A DNA stretch of 64,000 nt from Spirochaetota bacterium (GTDB lineage: Bacteria > Spirochaetota > Spirochaetia > Treponematales > UBA12059). Location of the stretch: the NCBI GenBank assembly GCA_031402655.1, contig JANNSO010000053.1, forward strand, positions 18,536 to 82,535, given 5' to 3'. Shown one piece after another: positions 9,193 to 19,298 of the stretch. Under the pieces are notes generated by a model. It saw nothing but the letters and a program-made list of their open reading frames with translations. It searched no databases and was not told the origin of the DNA. Both the position numbers and the translations under genes were made by a program. Position 1 is the first letter of the stretch; each line of letters begins with the position of its first letter.

Positions 9193-10398
9193 TCAAAAAC
9201 TGCCTGCTAATTCGACAAGCAGGGCTAAGGATATCTTTCGATCAGAAGGATCTGGGTTATTCATAATATATATGCCATCCTCCCTGCCGTAATATATGGG
9301 TATCCCTATCGATATTTTTATAAGCTTCCAGGGGGTCCAAGTTATCCCCCCAAGAACTGATCCTGAAGAATCAGATATGCAGTGAAACCATTTTAAAGCA
9401 CAATCCATTGACGTTCCAAAGATATTATTAAATGCCATCACTAGTCCAACATCCTGTAAATATGCTGAATCAGCCTCTAACTTTCCATAGTATTCGCCAT
9501 ATAGAACAAAATTGTTCCATTCACGAAAAAAACCACCCAAAAATGCATAGCTTACTGCACTTTCCTTGTAGGTAATTATGCTATCCAAAAGCAAATCAAC
9601 ATGCCAAACTGTGGTTTTTAAAGATAATAAACCTTTTAACCCATCAACATCTCTATACTTTAAACCAGGACTAACCAATAAATTACCAATAACGATATCA
9701 GTTTTTAAGGCAGCGGCTAATTGCTTATAACTTTTAATGCTATCATAGGCAAGTGCTGAAAAAGATACGCCGCTTAGCCAAGAGGGAATTACTGCTCTCA
9801 TCGATAAACTTGATGAACTATCGGACATAAAATTCCCAGGGTTAAACAATCTACCCTGTCCCCAAGACATCGTATGGTGGCCAAGCCTAATAAAGATAAA
9901 GTCTTGAAAAATGTAATCGCAAAAAAGTTGGCTAAGTGTAATTTCAGACCAAGTTTTTGAGCCAGCCATGGGATCTAATGAGGATGTTACGGTTCCATTT
10001 ACTCGGAAAACAGGGTTTGGCCGGGCATCAAAATTGAACGTAGCAGATGCGCTTGCACCGGCGCTTGCATCAAAACCCACATCAAATTTGTTAAAATCTG
10101 GCCAGTTGACCCATCCTGCAGCAATACCGGCATTAGCGGAAAAACTACCTGAATATTTTATTTTATCGAATTTTTCAAAATCTTCACGATGACTTTGATC
10201 TAACACTGTTGCGACAGTATCTGCTGGCGGATTACTAAATAAATCATCTAGATTTTCGGTTTCTATTGTATCCCCTTCCTCAGTTTTTTCAATTACTGGA
10301 GGAACAATTAAGCTTTTATCTTCTGAATTTTCAACTTGAGGGGATACTGTCGGAATTGAAAATATTACAAAAAAAACAAAAATGATTCCCCGAATCAT
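9193..10398 (-). CDS. Exported beta-barrel candidate
   Basis: Signal peptide MIRGIIFVFFVIFSIPTVSPQ, an acidic linker, the motif HHTMSWGQGRLFNPGNF and C-terminal ..LVELAGSF. ATGA overlap with the upstream LolA-like gene at 10395-10398. Confidence 0.45.
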   Translation of the reverse strand: MIRGIIFVFFVIFSIPTVSPQVENSEDKSLIVPPVIEKTEEGDTIETENLDDLFSNPPADTVATVLDQSHREDFEKFDKIKYSGSFSANAGIAAGWVNWPDFNKFDVGFDASAGASASATFNFDARPNPVFRVNGTVTSSLDPMAGSKTWSEITLSQLFCDYIFQDFIFIRLGHHTMSWGQGRLFNPGNFMSDSSSSLSMRAVIPSWLSGVSFSALAYDSIKSYKQLAAALKTDIVIGNLLVSPGLKYRDVDGLKGLLSLKTTVWHVDLLLDSIITYKESAVSYAFLGGFFREWNNFVLYGEYYGKLEADSAYLQDVGLVMAFNNIFGTSMDCALKWFHCISDSSGSVLGGITWTPWKLIKISIGIPIYYGREDGIYIMNNPDPSDRKISLALLVELAGSF

Positions 10399-11165
10399 TT
10401 GCCAACCCGTTCGAGATACTCTTTGGAATAAACATAATCGGGTAAGGGAGCTAATGATGGTTTTGTAATGGTAATTGTAGTCCTTTCATATTCAATTTTG
10501 CCTGATAGCTTTATAGATTTCAAATGATCTAAAATTACCATCATATTAGGGATCCAGCGATTCCCCACTAGTTGATATCCGGGTATTCCGGTGGTACGCA
10601 TTAATTGCCCTGATAGACTATGATCCTTTATCTGCCTAACTAGGTTATCAGTCGAGACCCAAATGGTTACTTTGGGGAAGGATACAGTGTTATTTGTAGC
10701 CTGTAAGTCCAGTACATTACACTCGAATTGCCCTAATTTTTCTTTTCTTCCGGCTATAACCGTATAATCGCCTGCGAAGTTAGAGCGATTGAAGTCCGAA
10801 TTACGTGCGCTGGAATTCTGGAAACGCTCCTTCGCGCTGGTAAAGGTAAAACTATGCCCAATCGGATCATATAGCCAAAGGCTGTCTCCAAGCTTCAGGT
10901 ATCCTTTACCTTTATCCACATCGGGTTCGAGTATCAGGACAAGGAATTCATTTTTGCGGTCACGTCTGAACATAGTTGCTTTTGTAGTCGAGCTAGCTCC
11001 GCCTGGATCCCGTTTCACTATCAAGTATTCCGCGGATAAATCCTCCGTGGGAAAGGTAACAAGGGAATCGATTCGCTTCAGCAATCCTGAAAATCCCGAG
11101 ACATCTTGCGAGGCAATGTATGAGCTAACCATGAATGCTAAAACAAAAACAACGAATTTCTTCAT
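10395..11165 (-). CDS. Outer-membrane lipoprotein-sorting (LolA-like) family protein
   Basis: Signal peptide MKKFVVFVLAFMVSSYIASQ. GDSLWLYDPIGHSFTFTSAKERFQNSSARNSDF matches my recollection of the LolA_like (PF17131-type) signature. It is adjacent to FtsX permeases. Confidence 0.65.
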   Translation of the reverse strand: MKKFVVFVLAFMVSSYIASQDVSGFSGLLKRIDSLVTFPTEDLSAEYLIVKRDPGGASSTTKATMFRRDRKNEFLVLILEPDVDKGKGYLKLGDSLWLYDPIGHSFTFTSAKERFQNSSARNSDFNRSNFAGDYTVIAGRKEKLGQFECNVLDLQATNNTVSFPKVTIWVSTDNLVRQIKDHSLSGQLMRTTGIPGYQLVGNRWIPNMMVILDHLKSIKLSGKIEYERTTITITKPSLAPLPDYVYSKEYLERVGK

Positions 11166-11270
11166 ACCGGATCCTTATCTATCGTGATATCAGAATAAAA
11201 CTTTTTCCTGAATCCGATGTTATTGCAAGAATTACGAACCTAAACCTTGAACAATGAAACGCCCTGCTAT

Positions 11271-12566
11271 TTAGAAATCTGTACGAAGCGCTTCGGCCGG
11301 AAGAACTTGGCTGGCGGATCTAGCAGGTCCCCAGGCCGCTCCCATTACCGCACCCGTCATGACTGCAAGATTTATAAGCGTGAATCTGATGTCAATAAAA
11401 AAATTCAGATGTCCCGAATTTGTAAACATTCCTGCCGCAGGCAAGTTACCAAGATTGACGAAAGATAAAAGAATAAGAAGAATAAACCCCATAATGAGAC
11501 CGCAGATAGAGGAAAATAATCCTAAGCCAGCGGCTTCGAGCAAAAACAATCGCGCCACAGCTTCGCGATGCATCCCTAAAGCTCTTATCGTTCCTATTTC
11601 CTTAGTGCGTTCAAATACTAAAATTCGGTAAGTATTTAAAATACCAACCATTACAATTAATACAAAAGCTCCCAAAACGAAATACGTTACCCCTAAAATC
11701 GCCTCCATTATATCCTTGATTTGCGCGAGTTGCGCATCAAGAGAAAGCACCGCGAAATTATTATTAACCGCCTTAAGCGAGTATACGGCTGTTGCCAAAT
11801 CTTTCCTGCTCACCAATTGAGGAAAAACGGAATACCGCTCAGCGAGTTTTTCTCTGACGTTTGCAGTCAGGGTTTTCGAGGACATTCCTGTTTTAGCATA
11901 TATCGCAAGATCGGTTGCAGCATCCTCTCGATAAGAAAGAAGCCTGTTGAGATCGGATCTTTGCATGTATAAAACATAACCAAAAATGCTGGTTTCTTCA
12001 AAAATACCCCGCACGAATAAAGTGGCGGAATTATATTGCCCTGTATCTGTCGTTAAGAAGATATTGATATCGTCTCCGACTTTAGCACCGAGAAGCCTGG
12101 AAGCGACACTGCTTATTAAAACGCCGTTCTTCCCTTCGGAACCAATCATGGATTCCATACCACCGTCAAGAAAAGTAAGCTTATTAAATTCCTCCATTTC
12201 TTGCCTTGAATCGATCCCAACGACCCGTCTTTGCCGAATAGTTTGACCGGAGAAAAAAACGGTACAATCGTTACGATAGTATAGCGTCCTTGCCGATATC
12301 GTTCTTATTCCTAGAGAAGCGTTTTTTAAATATTTAATAACCGCTATAGGATCCGAAATCTCTTGGTTCATCTTTGAATTGTACCCAATCACATTTACAT
12401 GTCCCGAAAAATACCTTGCGCCTTTATCTTTTACTGTCTCAAGAGCCCCCAAGACTATCCCTGTTACCACGGTAACTAGAATAAAACCGGCGAAGATAGC
12501 AAATGAAAGCAATGCATAGCGTTTCTTTTGTAATATTAAATTCCGGAAAGCCAAAAAAAGAATCAT
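11271..12566 (-). CDS. ABC-transporter permease, FtsX/MacB/LolE family
   Basis: N-terminal TM, a ~250-aa extracytoplasmic domain and a C-terminal FtsX 3-TM bundle (..ERTKEIGTIRALGMHREAVARLFLLEAAGLG..). Confidence 0.8.
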   Translation of the reverse strand: MILFLAFRNLILQKKRYALLSFAIFAGFILVTVVTGIVLGALETVKDKGARYFSGHVNVIGYNSKMNQEISDPIAVIKYLKNASLGIRTISARTLYYRNDCTVFFSGQTIRQRRVVGIDSRQEMEEFNKLTFLDGGMESMIGSEGKNGVLISSVASRLLGAKVGDDINIFLTTDTGQYNSATLFVRGIFEETSIFGYVLYMQRSDLNRLLSYREDAATDLAIYAKTGMSSKTLTANVREKLAERYSVFPQLVSRKDLATAVYSLKAVNNNFAVLSLDAQLAQIKDIMEAILGVTYFVLGAFVLIVMVGILNTYRILVFERTKEIGTIRALGMHREAVARLFLLEAAGLGLFSSICGLIMGFILLILLSFVNLGNLPAAGMFTNSGHLNFFIDIRFTLINLAVMTGAVMGAAWGPARSASQVLPAEALRTDF

Positions 12567-12567
12567 C

Positions 12568-14037
12568 TTAGCACCCTTTTCCCATCGCGTTAGCCGGTTG
12601 AACTTTCAAAGCGAGGTAAACTGGGTATATCCAAGAGGCTGCCCCGATCAAGAAAGAGAGAAGCACATGGCGGAATACATTTTCAAATCCGACAATTGGA
12701 TTTATTTCGCCTCCTCCAAAAATAGCAGCCAGAATTGAATTTGAAAAAGTTAAGCTCAATTTATCCAGAATAGCAACGAACACTATACCAAGCAATATTC
12801 CAAATGCAGATGACCCCATGGTCAGTATCATGGATTCAAATATGAATATTTTGCGGATAAAACCCGCTGATGCGCCTAACCCGCGCATCATACCGATCTC
12901 GACAGTTCGCTCAAGCACGGAAATAACGAATGAATTGGTGATGATCAATACCGTTCCAAGCAGGACAAAGCCAAGCCCGATAAAAAAAATCGATTGAACT
13001 ACATAGGGTAGCACGGCAGTACTTCCTGCGGTACCGCGCCAATCTTGCAATCTGATTTCCCAATCGTTATTCTCCATCATTCTACCCAATTGATCCATTA
13101 TTATTTTTTGTTCCCCATTCCGTGCCTTTAGCAAAATAAAACTCCAGGCGGCATTATCCGTCTGTATCATCACATCGCGGACTGCAGTATCCGACATTTC
13201 AGCTTCTATGGATTCAAGTGAAACGGCTTTTGATGGATCCGCAACTGAATCGGTCATCGCGGAAAACAGGTTTTCAATGCTAAAGTCCGAAGATGGAACA
13301 ACATTAGTTTCACTCGCTTGGATTGCATTACCAGTCAATGCATATCCCATCGTATAATCGGCGATAGATCTTACTAGTGTGGCATTAGCAAGGACAACAC
13401 GGTCTAGGGCTGCATTGGAACTGGGATAAGCATGAACTCCTGCGAATGATCCTTTTCTAATTCTGAAGCTTCCATTTGCATACATTGAAAAAACAACAGG
13501 TTCTCCCACTTTGAGTTTGCGCCCTAAAGCGCTTTCAGCTATCTTAGCCATCGAGTAGTTAAGAAAAACGCCATCATTCGCAAGTGAATTGACATCTCCC
13601 GAGAGTATCGAAATATCGGTACAAACGGCAAAATATGTATTTGGATCAACTCCGAAAATGGCAGCAGGAAACGTGTGTTTTCCAATTCTAACCGAAGCGA
13701 CCCCCGATACAATACTCGTGCTTAAAGCTACATTCTCAAGCAAAGAAAGGGCTTGAGCAATTTCTTTATACAATGCAATTGGTGGAATACTTTCATAATC
13801 GCTAACAATTGGAATTTCACTTCCAAAAAGTCCAAAGGCCGATTCGGTTTTTGCGCTGATAGAGAAATTCCCGGTGAGGCTGCCAACAAAAGAAATCTCC
13901 AGCCCTCTATTAGTGCTTTCAAACACAACATCGGCAAGAAATAAACATGACATGCCGAAGATTATCAAAAAACCCATCAGAAATGTCTTTTTTGGATGGC
14001 GAAAAAGATTTCTTACCGCTAATCTAAATGTAATCAT
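12568..14037 (-). CDS. ABC-transporter permease, FtsX/MacB/LolE family
   Basis: Same architecture as its neighbour (..ERTVEIGMMRGLGASAGFIRKIFIFESMILT..). The stop at 12568 is 1 nt from the next ATG at 12566. Confidence 0.8.
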   Translation of the reverse strand: MITFRLAVRNLFRHPKKTFLMGFLIIFGMSCLFLADVVFESTNRGLEISFVGSLTGNFSISAKTESAFGLFGSEIPIVSDYESIPPIALYKEIAQALSLLENVALSTSIVSGVASVRIGKHTFPAAIFGVDPNTYFAVCTDISILSGDVNSLANDGVFLNYSMAKIAESALGRKLKVGEPVVFSMYANGSFRIRKGSFAGVHAYPSSNAALDRVVLANATLVRSIADYTMGYALTGNAIQASETNVVPSSDFSIENLFSAMTDSVADPSKAVSLESIEAEMSDTAVRDVMIQTDNAAWSFILLKARNGEQKIIMDQLGRMMENNDWEIRLQDWRGTAGSTAVLPYVVQSIFFIGLGFVLLGTVLIITNSFVISVLERTVEIGMMRGLGASAGFIRKIFIFESMILTMGSSAFGILLGIVFVAILDKLSLTFSNSILAAIFGGGEINPIVGFENVFRHVLLSFLIGAASWIYPVYLALKVQPANAMGKGC

Positions 14038-14092
14038 AATCCATTGACCGCCACAAAAAGAGATTGTACAGAAAAATCTAAATAAACTAGGT

Positions 14093-15130
14093 TCAATTCA
14101 ATTTACTTGGCACTGTTGTCCAGAATTTATTTTTTATATACCAACAAACAGTTTGCTTTAAACCTTGTTCAAACGAGCACTTCTGTTTCCAGCCCAGATC
14201 ATCTTTTATTTTTGTGCAATCAATAGCATAGTGTCTATCATGCCCTGGTCGATCTTTAATAAACCTTACTTGAGACTGCAATTCAGACTTCTCTATACCA
14301 GCTTCCTTCGAGACTATTTCAATAAGCATTGTAAGCAGAACAATATTTTCGAGCTCGTTATCCCCACCTACATTGTAGACTTCCCCTTCCTTTGCTCCAT
14401 TAATCACAGCCCAGATAGCCCGACTGTGATCATCTACATATATCCAATCTCTGATATTTCTTCCATCACCATATACCGGAAGTGCCCTGCCCTCCAACAT
14501 GTTTTTTACCATCAATGGAATAAATTTTTCTGGATACTGGTAAGGACCATAATTATTGGAGGAAATCGTCATTGTTACCGGCAGCCCATAGGTATGGTAA
14601 TAAGCCATTACAAAATGATTACTTGATGCTTTACTGGCGGAATAGGGGGAACGCGGGGAATAAGCAGCTGACTCTTTGACTGGAAGGTAGCTCGCCAGAG
14701 AGCCATAGACTTCATCGGTGCTAACATGATGAAAGAGAAAATTATCCCTGCCTTGCCAATTTTTTCTTGCCGCTTCAAGCAGGATAAAAGTCCCTAATAC
14801 ATTAGTTTTTGCAAACATCTCAGGATTGGCAATTGACCGATCGACATGCGTTTCCGCCGCAAAATGAACTACTGCATCAATTTTATATTTTAAAAAGATA
14901 TTTGAAACTTCAATCGCATCGCAAATATCTGCTTTTATAAAGTGATACCTGTTACCACCATATTGTTTTTGAATAGCTACAAGATTTCTTAAGTTTCCTG
15001 CGTATGTTATGCAATCTATATTAATTATCTGTCCAGAAAAGCCGCTTTCCTTGCTTAAAAGAAACCGAATAAATGAGGATCCTATAAAACCTGCACCGCC
15101 TGTTACAAGAATTGTGCTAAACACCCTCAT
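14093..15130 (-). CDS. rfbB: dTDP-glucose 4,6-dehydratase
   Basis: ILVTGGAGFIGSSF and the YSASKASSNHFV (YxxxK) motif, with length and end-to-end pattern typical of RfbB. Confidence 0.9.
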   Translation of the reverse strand: MRVFSTILVTGGAGFIGSSFIRFLLSKESGFSGQIINIDCITYAGNLRNLVAIQKQYGGNRYHFIKADICDAIEVSNIFLKYKIDAVVHFAAETHVDRSIANPEMFAKTNVLGTFILLEAARKNWQGRDNFLFHHVSTDEVYGSLASYLPVKESAAYSPRSPYSASKASSNHFVMAYYHTYGLPVTMTISSNNYGPYQYPEKFIPLMVKNMLEGRALPVYGDGRNIRDWIYVDDHSRAIWAVINGAKEGEVYNVGGDNELENIVLLTMLIEIVSKEAGIEKSELQSQVRFIKDRPGHDRHYAIDCTKIKDDLGWKQKCSFEQGLKQTVCWYIKNKFWTTVPSKLN

Positions 15131-15149
15131 AGTCTACAGCTTGAAAAAC

Positions 15150-16019
15150 TCATTCTAGACTCACCGCTAAAGTTGATATATATAATTCCAAGCTTTTTTC
15201 CCAATCAGGAGTATCTATCCCCAACCGGCGAATTTTTGAAGTATTCAATACAGAATAGCGTGGCCGCTTGGCCGTTCCAGGAATTTGTGTGGTAATTAGT
15301 TTCCTGAGCTGGCAAGGTCTTTTGATAATTTCATATCGAATCAAAAGGCTATGTATCTCAGCGGCGAAGTCAAACCATGTAGTTTGGCCAGCACTAGCGA
15401 AATGATAGCATCCTTGTGGAAAATTGCTGGCTGAAATAATCTGCAAAATCGCCGATGCTAGATCTACTGTCCAGGTTGGCGTGCCTGTCTGGTCGCAAAC
15501 GACACATATCTCACAACCAGTTTTCATTTGGGTAATCATCTTTGAGACAAAATTCTTCCCAAACTGCCCATACAGCCATGAGGTGCGCAGGATAATTGCA
15601 TTCGGAGACATTGCCATCACACTTCGCTCTCCTTCGGCCTTAGTCCTTCCATACACATTTATGGGTGAAACCGAATCCATTTCGTCATAAGGCAGGTTGC
15701 CGCCTCCAGCAAAAACATAGTCAGTAGAAATATGAATCATTCTAACGAGCTTACTGGCACAAACTCTCGCTATGTTTTCCGCGCCTTGCGTATTGATGCT
15801 GGATGCTTGTGCTTCGTGATACTCCGCAGAATCCACGGCAGTATAGGCGGCACAGTTTATTACCCAAGAAATATCATAGGCATTAAAAAATTTTTGGATC
15901 AATGGCATACTCGTTATATCTATATCAATATCAGTTCCTATAAATGCAATATCCTTAGAGGCCAACGATCTAGCAAGTTCGCTACCAAGAAGACCCTTGT
16001 CTCCAATAAGCCAAATCAT
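15150..16019 (-). CDS. rfbD: dTDP-4-dehydrorhamnose reductase
   Basis: MIWLIGDKGLLGSEL, INCAAYTAVD and ISTDYVFAG motifs. ATGA overlap with rfbC at 16016-16019. Confidence 0.85.
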   Translation of the reverse strand: MIWLIGDKGLLGSELARSLASKDIAFIGTDIDIDITSMPLIQKFFNAYDISWVINCAAYTAVDSAEYHEAQASSINTQGAENIARVCASKLVRMIHISTDYVFAGGGNLPYDEMDSVSPINVYGRTKAEGERSVMAMSPNAIILRTSWLYGQFGKNFVSKMITQMKTGCEICVVCDQTGTPTWTVDLASAILQIISASNFPQGCYHFASAGQTTWFDFAAEIHSLLIRYEIIKRPCQLRKLITTQIPGTAKRPRYSVLNTSKIRRLGIDTPDWEKSLELYISTLAVSLE

Positions 16020-16555
16020 GATAGATCCTTAAGCCATGGCAAAGCTGCATCTTTTGCGGATACCACTACATCGCACATTGGCCAAGAAATCGCTAAATCC
16101 GGATCGTCCCACCTGATGCCCGCTTCGCTAGAACGCTCATACTCGGAAGAAGCTTTATAGCTAAGCTCTGTATTATCGGCAAGGGCAAGAAATCCATGTG
16201 CAAAGCCGGGGGGTATGTAGAAAAGAAGATTATTGGTTTCGCTTAAGTGCAATCCATGCCATGCCCCTCTAGTTTGCGATCCCTTTCGTAAGTCTATTGC
16301 GACGCTCCAAGCGATTCCCCTGGTAACCCTTATAAGCTTTGCCTGCCCATGCGGCTCACGTTGAAAATGCAAGCCGCGAAGCACGCCATACGAAGAAGAA
16401 GAATAATTATCTTGAATGAATCGATCCTGAATGCCTGCCTTGAAGAATTCCGATTCTTTATAGACCTCCATAAAAACGCCACGCTCATCTTGTTGGGAAC
16501 AAAGCTCTATAACTAAGAGTCCAGGAATGTTTTCAATAGAAGAAATATGCTTCAT
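16016..16555 (-). CDS. rfbC: dTDP-4-dehydrorhamnose 3,5-epimerase
   Basis: DERGVFMEVY, VLRGLHFQ and PPGFAHGF motifs of the RmlC cupin. Confidence 0.9.
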   Translation of the reverse strand: MKHISSIENIPGLLVIELCSQQDERGVFMEVYKESEFFKAGIQDRFIQDNYSSSSYGVLRGLHFQREPHGQAKLIRVTRGIAWSVAIDLRKGSQTRGAWHGLHLSETNNLLFYIPPGFAHGFLALADNTELSYKASSEYERSSEAGIRWDDPDLAISWPMCDVVVSAKDAALPWLKDLS

Positions 16556-16729
16556 ACAATTCCCATGCTTGCCTCGAATTTAATGCTTGAATCATTTTAC
16601 CCGACTTGGCTTGTCGAAGCCATCCGATTAAAAGAGCCACATCGCAATAACCGAAGATTCCCTTTTTACAGATGATTCTCGAAATACAATTCAAATTGAT
16701 TCACTAATTCCTGCAATATTTGTAGACAC

Positions 16730-17968
16730 TCAAATGATGTCAAGAACTAATGATTCTTGCTTGCTAGCGATTTCATTCTTTCTGTTGGATTCTGTTAAGT
16801 CAATAAATTTCGCCTCAGCAAGCATTATGCATAATAAAATTACAAAGATCTGGGTAGCACGAAAACTAACTACTAAAGTCTCGGCATTTATGCCATTAAT
16901 TGCCATAAACAAAAAAAAATATCTTAGCCTAATGCTTTTCCACCCGTTTATTAATGGAGTTATTATCCAAGCATTGGCAAAAAAAATAAATCCAATAATT
17001 CCCGTATCTACCAACAAACGGTAATACAGACTATCGACAACAGGCATAAATCCGATGCCATTCCCAAAAATCAATGTAAACACATCGTATTGCCACAGAT
17101 TACTTGCAGTCAGCCAAAGCCCTTGGTACCGTGCGCGAAACGAGCCGATTTTAGTAATTATCGTGGGGTCAATGACAATATTCAGTATATACCGCAATGG
17201 GCTAGATTCTGGTGTTGAAATTGCGAAATTATAGATGCCTGCATACGAACTAATTATTACAATAGCACCAATGACTAATAAAGGCGGATTTTTAATAAGT
17301 CGTAATGAGATACTTATCGCCATGATTGCCATTATAGCAAAAATATTCGTTCGGGATAGGGTTAGAAATCCGGCTAATGCCACAAGTGGTAAACCAAAAT
17401 AGTAGAGCTTCTTAGTATATTTTCTTCCGCTCATAAAAATAAATGAGATCCCCAGTACTGCACCTGCCGGATTCGAACTAAAACCATCCATAAATGGAAG
17501 CCCAACGCGGCTCCAATTCCCAAAACCTAGTCCATCGGGAATGCCAAATCCGGAAAAGACATGAAACCAGCTGCTTAGCTGAAAAATGGCTAGTGCCATA
17601 ATGATAAAAGTTGTAAACTCCACAATTTCTCGTAACTGAATTTTATTTATTCTTAAAATCGCGGATAAAACTACAAGGAGTTGAAACACCATTTCAAGCG
17701 ATTTTAAAGTCAGCAAAACCGAGTATGTAGTATGAAAGAATATAATCCTCATCGAAAGAAACAAAATCAGAAAGAAACAAGGCAATGCGATATTTATTTG
17801 AATCTCAATTAACTGAAAAGTAATCTTAGGATTCAAAATTAGATAAATACAAAAAGCGACAAAGACGATGTCATAGGCCCCAATTGCTTCACCTTGAAAC
17901 CTGAAAACCGGGATGTCAAAAAAAGAGAAGGAAATGAGCACCTTTAGAAAAGCAACAAAAAAAACCAT
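16730..17968 (-). CDS. O-antigen polymerase/ligase family (Wzy/WaaL-like) membrane protein
   Basis: About 10-12 TM helices and a ..FLTLSRTNIFAIMAI.. segment like the Wzy_C core. Lies in the glycan cluster. Confidence 0.6.
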   Translation of the reverse strand: MVFFVAFLKVLISFSFFDIPVFRFQGEAIGAYDIVFVAFCIYLILNPKITFQLIEIQINIALPCFFLILFLSMRIIFFHTTYSVLLTLKSLEMVFQLLVVLSAILRINKIQLREIVEFTTFIIMALAIFQLSSWFHVFSGFGIPDGLGFGNWSRVGLPFMDGFSSNPAGAVLGISFIFMSGRKYTKKLYYFGLPLVALAGFLTLSRTNIFAIMAIMAISISLRLIKNPPLLVIGAIVIISSYAGIYNFAISTPESSPLRYILNIVIDPTIITKIGSFRARYQGLWLTASNLWQYDVFTLIFGNGIGFMPVVDSLYYRLLVDTGIIGFIFFANAWIITPLINGWKSIRLRYFFLFMAINGINAETLVVSFRATQIFVILLCIMLAEAKFIDLTESNRKNEIASKQESLVLDII

Positions 17969-18023
17969 GGTTTTAATCTACCTCAATATCTATATGCGGC
18001 AACATAGACCTCAGTTCTGGATC

Positions 18024-19298
18024 CTATAGTTCTTGAACCCACTCAATTTCCCGTGCAATTCTTACTGTCCATGGAACAAGGCTGCTATTAGAGTACCTTC
18101 CTGCATCTATTTTCAGGCGGCTTATTTCGTTCAAGCTGATATTGGACAAAAGCGAAGGCGTCGAAAATCGGGCATAAGGACAATCGCCGAAAACCACTGA
18201 ATTCTTGCCATCATCCACAGCAAGTACCGGGACACCCAAGAAAAGATTTTCCATTAGCTGATTCCCCATATTAGCATAATCATTCATGAGAAGCGACACA
18301 TCGCAGGCTTGGTAATGCGCTGCCATCTCCGAGTGGGGAATTGAATCTAACCACGTTACATAGTTGCCTGTATCAAGATTTTCAACCAAGCTATGAAGTT
18401 GCTGAACCAATGGACCGCCATGTCCGGCTATGGCCAATTGCACGTCAATTCCGTTTTTTCGCCACTGCTGATGTAGCCTGATTGCGCGGTCAATTCGCTT
18501 AAAAGGATAAAATCTATTGAAAATGCCAGCAATGTACTTACGATTCTGCGGATTCATTTTATCTCGGGCGTTTCTAATTGCTTCGATGGAGGAAGCGCGT
18601 ATATTTCCGTCTACACCGTTAATTGCGAAAAATATCCGACTATTAGGAATGTTCAAACTCTGTAGAACTTCGTCTCCACGCGTTCCATCATTAGTCATTA
18701 CGATGCCATCGCTCGCACCGCCCAGACATCTCAGATGGTACCGAATAAAAGGATTGCTTCTATTGCCTTCAGTTATGTAGGTTCCCATAAACCTAAGAAT
18801 TACTTTCTTGGAATAACCAAACCGTTTCCAAAAAGAAGCTGCTTGTGCACCATATATTTCAAAACCATAAATAATTTCAGGCCGGATTAGCCATACGAAT
18901 AGAGAAGATCGTATAATTTCAAAAATTGTATATAACCTGGCTGTATATATTTGCGCAGCGGTTATTTCTGAATTTCCGAGGTCAATGACTGACTCAATTG
19001 AAGGAGGAATCCCGTAGGAAGAATTTAGGGCACGGGAATGCGACTTTCGCCTTTTTGCCAAAATCGCCAAGCGCTTAAGCAGTGATAAAAGTACATTTGG
19101 CATGCCAATATGAAAAAAATTCTTCTTTTCTTCGAGCTGCTTAAAAGCAAATGTGGGATCAGTACTCGATAGCATATCAAATACATAAACCCGATATCCG
19201 GACTCTATATAACCTTCCAAAGTATTCTTAAGGCTTTGATTGCCTTTTTGCTTGGGACCATTAATACCGGAAAAGAAAAAGATGCTTTTAACATTCAT
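18024..19298 (-). CDS. Glycosyltransferase, GT-B fold (family 1/4-like)
   Basis: C-terminal half (..IAGHGGPL..CDVSLLMNDYANMGNQLMENLFLGVPVLAVDDG..) has the GT1 pattern. Cluster context. Confidence 0.55.
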   Translation of the reverse strand: MNVKSIFFFSGINGPKQKGNQSLKNTLEGYIESGYRVYVFDMLSSTDPTFAFKQLEEKKNFFHIGMPNVLLSLLKRLAILAKRRKSHSRALNSSYGIPPSIESVIDLGNSEITAAQIYTARLYTIFEIIRSSLFVWLIRPEIIYGFEIYGAQAASFWKRFGYSKKVILRFMGTYITEGNRSNPFIRYHLRCLGGASDGIVMTNDGTRGDEVLQSLNIPNSRIFFAINGVDGNIRASSIEAIRNARDKMNPQNRKYIAGIFNRFYPFKRIDRAIRLHQQWRKNGIDVQLAIAGHGGPLVQQLHSLVENLDTGNYVTWLDSIPHSEMAAHYQACDVSLLMNDYANMGNQLMENLFLGVPVLAVDDGKNSVVFGDCPYARFSTPSLLSNISLNEISRLKIDAGRYSNSSLVPWTVRIAREIEWVQEL

